The notes below the pieces were generated by a model. It was not told the DNA's origin. It saw nothing but the letters and a program-made list of their open reading frames with translations, and made no database searches. Shown here in pieces: positions 58,037-64,000 of a stretch of 64,000 nt of DNA. The position numbers and the translations under genes were made by a program. Source of the DNA: Anaeramoeba ignava BMAN (taxonomy: Eukaryota; Protista; Anaeramoebae); assembly GCA_028826165.1 (NCBI GenBank), contig JAPDFW010000074.1, forward strand, positions 310,001-374,000, written 5' to 3'. How positions within the stretch are numbered: the first letter of the stretch is position 1; every line of letters starts with the position of its first letter.

Positions 58037-58068
58037 AAAAAAAAAATGAAAAAAATGAAAAAAATGAA
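58037..58068 (-). promoter_or_regulatory. Three tandem TCATTTT motifs upstream of PACS
   Basis: AAAAAATG x3 directly upstream of ATG 58034. Confidence 0.55.
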
Positions 58069-58242
58069 TTTAATTATTTAAAAATCAAGAAATTTTTCAA
58101 GTAATTCTTTTTGTTTTTTATGAAATTTTTATTTATTTTTATTTAAAAATCAAAATTTAAATCATTTTTTTTAATTGTTAACCATTTTTTTATTTTTGAT
58201 TTTATTTTGAATTTTTTTTGATTTTTTTCTTCAATTTTTGTT

Positions 58243-61200
58243 TTAATAATTTTGATTTTGATTTTGATTTTGATTTAATTTTGATTTTGATTTTTGATTT
58301 TGATTTGAACGTTTGAATTTAATTGATTTGATTTTGATTTTTGATTTAGGTTTTGATTTAATTGATTTAATTGATTTTGATTTAATTGATTTAATTGATT
58401 TAATTGATTTTGATTTAATTGATTTAATTGATTTTGATTTAATTGATTTAATTGATTTTGATTTAATTGATTTTTGATTTTGAAATTGATTTAATTGATT
58501 TAATTGATTTAATTCATTTTGATTTAATTGATTTTGATTTAATTGATTTTGATTTAATTGATTTTGATTTAATTGATTTTGATTTTGATTTAATTGATTT
58601 AATTGATTTTGATTTTCATTCCCAAAATTAATTAAAGAATTTAAATCAATTCCAAAAAAATTTAAATCAAAATTTCCTAAATCAAAATGTTTTTCCTTTT
58701 TCAAATTCAAAATTTCAACATTTTTACAAACATCACTTGCATAACAAATTCCTCCCATAGAAAAAATACAATGTTTAATAACAGAATTCCAAACAGAACT
58801 AGAATTTAAAACCTTTTGTCTTCCAACAATAATTAAATGATTTTTAGCTCTACTTAAAAGAACATTTAATCTATTTGGTGATTCAATAAAACCAAGATTT
58901 TCTGTTCTACAACAAGAAACAATACAAATTTCTTTTTCAGCTCCTTGAAAAGCATCAACTGTTGATATTTGAATTTGTTTCATTTCATTTTTTCCACTTT
59001 TTTTTATTATTATTATTTGTTTTTCTTTTTGTAAATGTATTTTTTAATCCTAATATTCCTGTTGATTTTTCTTTTTTATTTTTCTTCTTTTCTTTTTCTG
59101 ATTTTGATTTTGATTTCCCATTTTGAAATATTGTTAAAAGTTTATTGATTAATCTTGCTTGTTCTTTATATAAAGTGATTACACCAATTTTACTTGAACT
59201 AATATTTTCTTTCAAAAGCATTTCAATTAATCCAATAATAATTTTAGCTTCATAAAAATTTCTATAACTTCCTGTCCAAGTTTTCTCTTCTTTTCCATTT
59301 TCAGAATCTAAGAAAAAAAGTGGTGGAAAATTATTCACAATTGGTTTTCTTTGATTTGAGGAAATTCCATCTAATAAAGCTCCTTGATAAAATAAGTTAT
59401 TACATATTTGACTAATTAAAGGATGACATCTATATTGAGTTCTAAGCATAATTGGTTTATATTCATTTGCTGCTAATCTATCAAATAATGTTTTATATAA
59501 ATTATCAATTTGATTTGAATCTTGATTAATTGAATTTTGATTAATTGAGTTTTCTTTTAAATAATAATTTGTTTTATGATAATTTTCATTTCCTGCTAAA
59601 TTTGGTGGTAATTGTAATGGATCTCCAAATAAACATAATCTTTCACATGAAAATTTTAAAATTGGAAGCATTGAAATTGGTTCAATCATTTGACTCACTT
59701 CATCAAGAACTATAATTGGAAATTTCCATCCAGATAAAATAGGAAAATTTGTAGCAGCACATGTTGTTCCAACAACTCTTATTTTCTTCATTTTTTGATT
59801 GTATAAAATATGTGAATTATTCTTGATAAATTCATATTCATCTAATGTTTTTTTAATTGATTCTAATTCATTCTCATCTTGATAATCTTCTTCTGAAATC
59901 ATTTCTTTTAATTCTTTGATTGTTTCTTCAATATCTTTTTTTTTCTCTCCTGATATTGTATATGGTAATATTTTTTTAGAAATTTTCTTTAAACTTCCTA
60001 TTCTAATAAATTCTTCAAATCCAAGTTCAAGTAATCCTTCTAATACTCTATCAACTGCAATATTAGTAATTGCACTAATCATAATTTTAATATGTTCTGA
60101 TTCATTTAAGTTATCAAGAATTTCAATCATAAAAATTATTAATATTGTTAATAAAAAACTTTTTCCTGAGCCAAATACTCCATGAACTAATACTATTGAA
60201 TTTTCATAACTTTCTTTTTTAATAAACCATTTTGATATTTTTTCTAATATTTCAATTTGATCTTCATTTAAATTATATTTTTTAATTGTTTCTATTTTTG
60301 ATTCTTCAATTAAATCATTTGAAATTTGTTCAAAAGGAAATGAATAATTTTTTTGATTATTTGGAAATATTTTCCCTTCATATTGAATAGATTGAGTTTT
60401 AAAATTTGAAATTATTTTATGTGATTTTTTGTAAGCAATTTCTGATGGGAATTTAATTTTAGATTTCAAAGGTTTTTCATTTTCATTTTCTTCATTATTT
60501 TCATTTTCATTTTATTTTCATTTTCTATTTTCATTATTTTCATTTTCATTTTCATTTTCATTTTCATTTTCATTTTCATTTTCATTTTCATTTTCTTGAT
60601 TTTGATATTTCTTTAATATAAATTCAAGTAATGGAATATTTTCTTCTTTTATAATTTCTATATTATTAATTGCTGAAAATTCTGTTGATGCATTAAAACA
60701 TTTAATTGCAAAAATATCTTTATATTTCTTATTTGGTTCAATTTCAAATAAATTTGGAAAATCTCCTATTGGTTCAAGTGTTACTAAACCTGATGTTCCA
60801 ACTCCAAAAAATATACTTTTAGCAAAAAAAATAAAATCATCTTTTTGTTTAGGTTCAAAATTTTGAACATTAGAAATAACCCATAAATCATCTTTTGTAT
60901 ATTCAGCTCCATTAATTTGTTTTTTAACTTTTAAAAAAAATTGATTTCCTGTTGTTTGTTTAATAAAAGATGTATCTTTTTTTTCATCTTCACTTTCATC
61001 ACTTTCTTCATCTTCACTTTCATCACTTTCTTCACTTTCATTATTTTTACGTCTTTTTTGATTTCTTCTAAATTGTTTTTGTCTTTTTTTAAATGCTAAA
61101 TTTCTTTTTTTAATCATTTTTGTAAATAATTTTGATTTCTTTTCTTGTACATTTTCAATCTTTTTAAAAATTTCACAATTTGAATGAAATAAAATTTGAT

Positions 61201-62458
61201 TTGAAAAGAATAATTTTTCAAGTTCAGGAAGATGAAGATTAAAAATACTTGAATAATTTGATTTATCTAAATTTGGAATTTCTTTCCTTTTTTTGATTTT
61301 AATTCCTTTGTTTTTAGAAGTAATATCACGATCAGCCCAAGCAAAAGCATCACAACAATCTGGATCTTTATGAGGTAATCTACAAGAATAAAAAAATCTT
61401 CCTTGATTTTCTCCTTCTTTTTTTACAATTTTAATAACACAAGGTCCATGTTTACAACAAACAATATTTTCATCTTCTGAAACCCATTTAAGTTTACGAA
61501 TTAATGAATAAAAAGACATTCCAATTTCAAGTACTTTAATATTAATTTCCTCAATTAAAGAAGAAATGAAAATATTTTTATATTCTTCAAAATTTTCAAA
61601 TTCTTGTGGTATTTTAATTTTTCTTTCTATTTTAGAATTAACTGGTAAATGAAAGCATTGATAACTTGTTGGGAATAAAAATTTAGATAATGGTCTAAAA
61701 TAAATAAATATTTTTATATAAATTTAGTAAAGATTATTGAAATGAATTAAATAATTTTTTTTTACCTAAATCCTTCATATAATTCTTCAATATTATTTTT
61801 TAAAGGAGATTTTAATATAATTTCATTTTGATTTTGATTTTGATTTTGATTTTGATTTTGATTTTGATTTTGATTTTGATTTTGATTTTGATTTTGATTT
61901 TGATTTTGATTTTGATTTTCATTTTGATTTTTATTTTGATTTTCATTTTCATTTTGATTTTGATTGATTTTTTGATTTTTGATTTTCATTTTCATTTTCA
62001 TTTTCATTTTCATTTTGATTTTCATTTGGTTTCTTTTTAAAAGGAACTGTAAATTTTTTTCTTTTGTTTTTTTGTCTTTTTTTTTCTTGAGAAGGTAAAT
62101 TTAAAGAATTTAAAGAATTAAATATTTTTTGATTTGAATTATTTGAATTATTTTTTTTAGTAATAGAAGAAGTAGAAGTATTTTTAATAAGTTTTTCTTT
62201 AATTCCAGTTATAATAACAGAATAATGTAATAAATAAATATTCTTTCCAATTTCAAGATCATCAGTTTTTTTTAACCAAGAACGTTCTAATTCTTCATCT
62301 TCATCATTAAAAAGTGTTACCTATTAATTTTATAAGTAAATTTATTTGATTTAATTAAATTTATTAATTATTACTCTTCTATTATTAATTTTAAGTATTC
62401 CTGTATTCCAAGATTTATGTTTTTTTTTAACATCTTTTGTAAAATCAACTTCAAACAT
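58243..62458 (-). CDS. ZGRF1: ZGRF1-like protein (DUF2439, GRF zinc finger, Upf1/Dna2-like SF1 helicase); 2 introns and apparent frameshifts in low-complexity tracts
   Basis: MFEVDFTKDVKKKHKSWNTGILKI (DUF2439), CKHGPC...VKKEGENQGRFFYSC...CDAFAWAD (zf-GRF), HGVFGSGKS, TNIAVD, LDEVSQ, GDPLQL, QYRCHP, TVDAFQGAEKE, NRLNVLLSRAK. Introns 62321-62374 and 61695-61765. Confidence 0.85.
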
Positions 62459-62568
62459 TTTTTTAAATTTAAAAAAAAAGAAAAAAATAAAAATTTTAAA
62501 AATTCTTTTATATTGTTTGATTTTTTTTTTTTATTTAATTTTTTTTAATTTTCTAAATTAATTTTTTT

Positions 62569-64000
62569 CTATTTTAAATTTATTTTCTTTTTCTCTATAA
62601 ATTCTTGATATTTTTTTAATGCTTCATCTTTAGCAAAAGCATAATTAAAACTTTTTTTTGAAATTTCTTTTAATTCTTTTATTGAAAAATTTAAATAAAA
62701 ACTAACATTTGCAAATTCTTTAGATAAAGAAGTTAAAAAAACACCTAAAACATTAAAAATTAAAATTAAAATTAAAATTAAAATTAAAATAAACATTAAA
62801 ATCGGATAAAAATTATAATTAAAATTAAAATTAAAATTAAATTCGGATAAAAAATTAAAATTAAAATTAAATTTAAAAATTAAAATTAAAATTAAAATTA
62901 AAATTAAAATTAAAATTAAAATTAAAATTAAAATTAAAATTATTAAAATTAAAATTAAAATTAAAATTAAAATTAAAATTAAAATTAAAATTAAAATTAA
63001 AATTAAAATTAAAATTAAAATTAAAATTAAAATTAAAATTAAAATTAAAATTAAAATTAAAATTAAAATTAAAATTAAAATTAAAATTAAAATTAAAATT
63101 AAAATTAAAATTAAAAATCGGATAAAAAATTATAATTAAAAATTTGGATAAAAAATTTATAAACCTTGATCATCTGTACAAAATGAAATTGGATGATTTC
63201 TTTTATAAAATTCTTTTGCATGATGTTTTTCAAAACTTGGAACAGATTCAGTTTTTACATTTGAAGTTAAACAAATTTCAACAGGAATTTTTGAATCAAA
63301 TAATAAATTACGAATTTCATCATTTAAATAATTAGCATGACCTAATCTTTGAGGATTAAATTTTAACATTTGAATACTTTCTTCATAATCAATTTTTTCT
63401 GCAAAATGTAAAGTAATAAAAAGACCTAAATCTTTTGCTTTTTTTAAAACAGGAACAAAATCAATAAATTTATTTTTAAAAGGATTTCCAGCAAAATCAA
63501 TTCCAATAATAACATCTTTTTGATTAATTTGTGATATAATTTCAATAGTTTCATTTGCAATTTCTTTTGAATATGCTCTATTTATACTTAATATTAATTT
63601 AACAACAATTCCATTATTTAAATTTTTAGTTGTTTCTTTAATTGTTGATATAATTGTTTCAATATGTTCTTTTTTAGTTGCTTTTTCTTGATTTTCTGAT
63701 GATTTCTTTAAAAAACGTGGAGTTGTTCTAAGCTCAAGATAAATACAATTATCATAATAAAAATCTTCAATTACTTCTTTTGTAATTCTTTTTATTTTTT
63801 CTAAATCATCAATTAATAAATATATTAAATCAAATAATTTAAAACAATCACTAAGTGTTCTTTCACTTCCTTTTTCAAGAAGTTTTGTATCTTCTGGATT
63901 TATTTTGTTTTTTAAATTTGATTTTTCTATAAATTCTTTAATTGTTGATTCTCTAATTGATCCATTAAGATGTGCATGAAGTTCTGCTTTTGGAATTTTT
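62569..64000 (-). CDS. ADAL: Adenosine deaminase-like protein (ADAL/MAPDA, N6-methyl-AMP deaminase type); start beyond window, 2 exons (>64000-63165, 62744-62569)
   Basis: KIPKAELHAHLNGSIR, YLELRTTPR, GIDFAGNP, LHFAE, RLGHA, EICLTSN, CTDDQG|VFLTSLSKE. Confidence 0.9.
62745..63164 (-). repeat. 420-nt intron of (TTTTAA)n
   Basis: GTTTAT...TTTTAG, phase 1 join restores DDQG-VF. Confidence 0.9.

Noticed and set aside
6395-63164. U12/AT-AC or other non-canonical introns
   Set aside because: All 31 reconstructed introns fit GT-AG with correct phase, and no RTATCCTT donor was seen.

Overview
Extremely AT-rich, gene-dense eukaryotic nuclear DNA using the standard genetic code and GT-AG spliceosomal introns. 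There are no signs of prokaryotic operons, CRISPR, RNA genes or transposases. The BTB-BACK-TLDc and ankyrin-BTB expansions, N/Q-rich low-complexity tracts and a Trichomonas-like TCATTT core-promoter motif suggest an anaerobic metamonad such as Anaeramoeba (inference, not verified). I rebuilt 19 genes by hand, checking exon phases: FG-GAP propeller-FN3 surface protein (partial), three BTB-TLDc proteins, translin, TTC14, a possible perilipin-like protein, FKBP-TPR, Cdc1/MPPE1, a MYND-finger protein, EMC1, a bZIP factor, an ArsB/NhaD-type permease, two head-to-head ankyrin-BTB proteins, a ~3400-aa BEACH protein, PACS, ZGRF1 and ADAL (partial). Main observations: (1) introns are bimodal, and every intron over 200 nt is a tandem array, most with an intron-specific unit; (2) all 31 inferred acceptors are TAG or AAG, never CAG, and several follow A-runs; (3) a gene-oriented tandem (T)nCAT(T)n initiator-like motif lies just upstream of most start codons; (4) two paralog pairs share a near-identical BTB module but have divergent recognition modules, and all three long intergenic satellites adjoin BTB-TLDc genes; (5) GC rises strongly inside the 8.4-kb BEACH exon.
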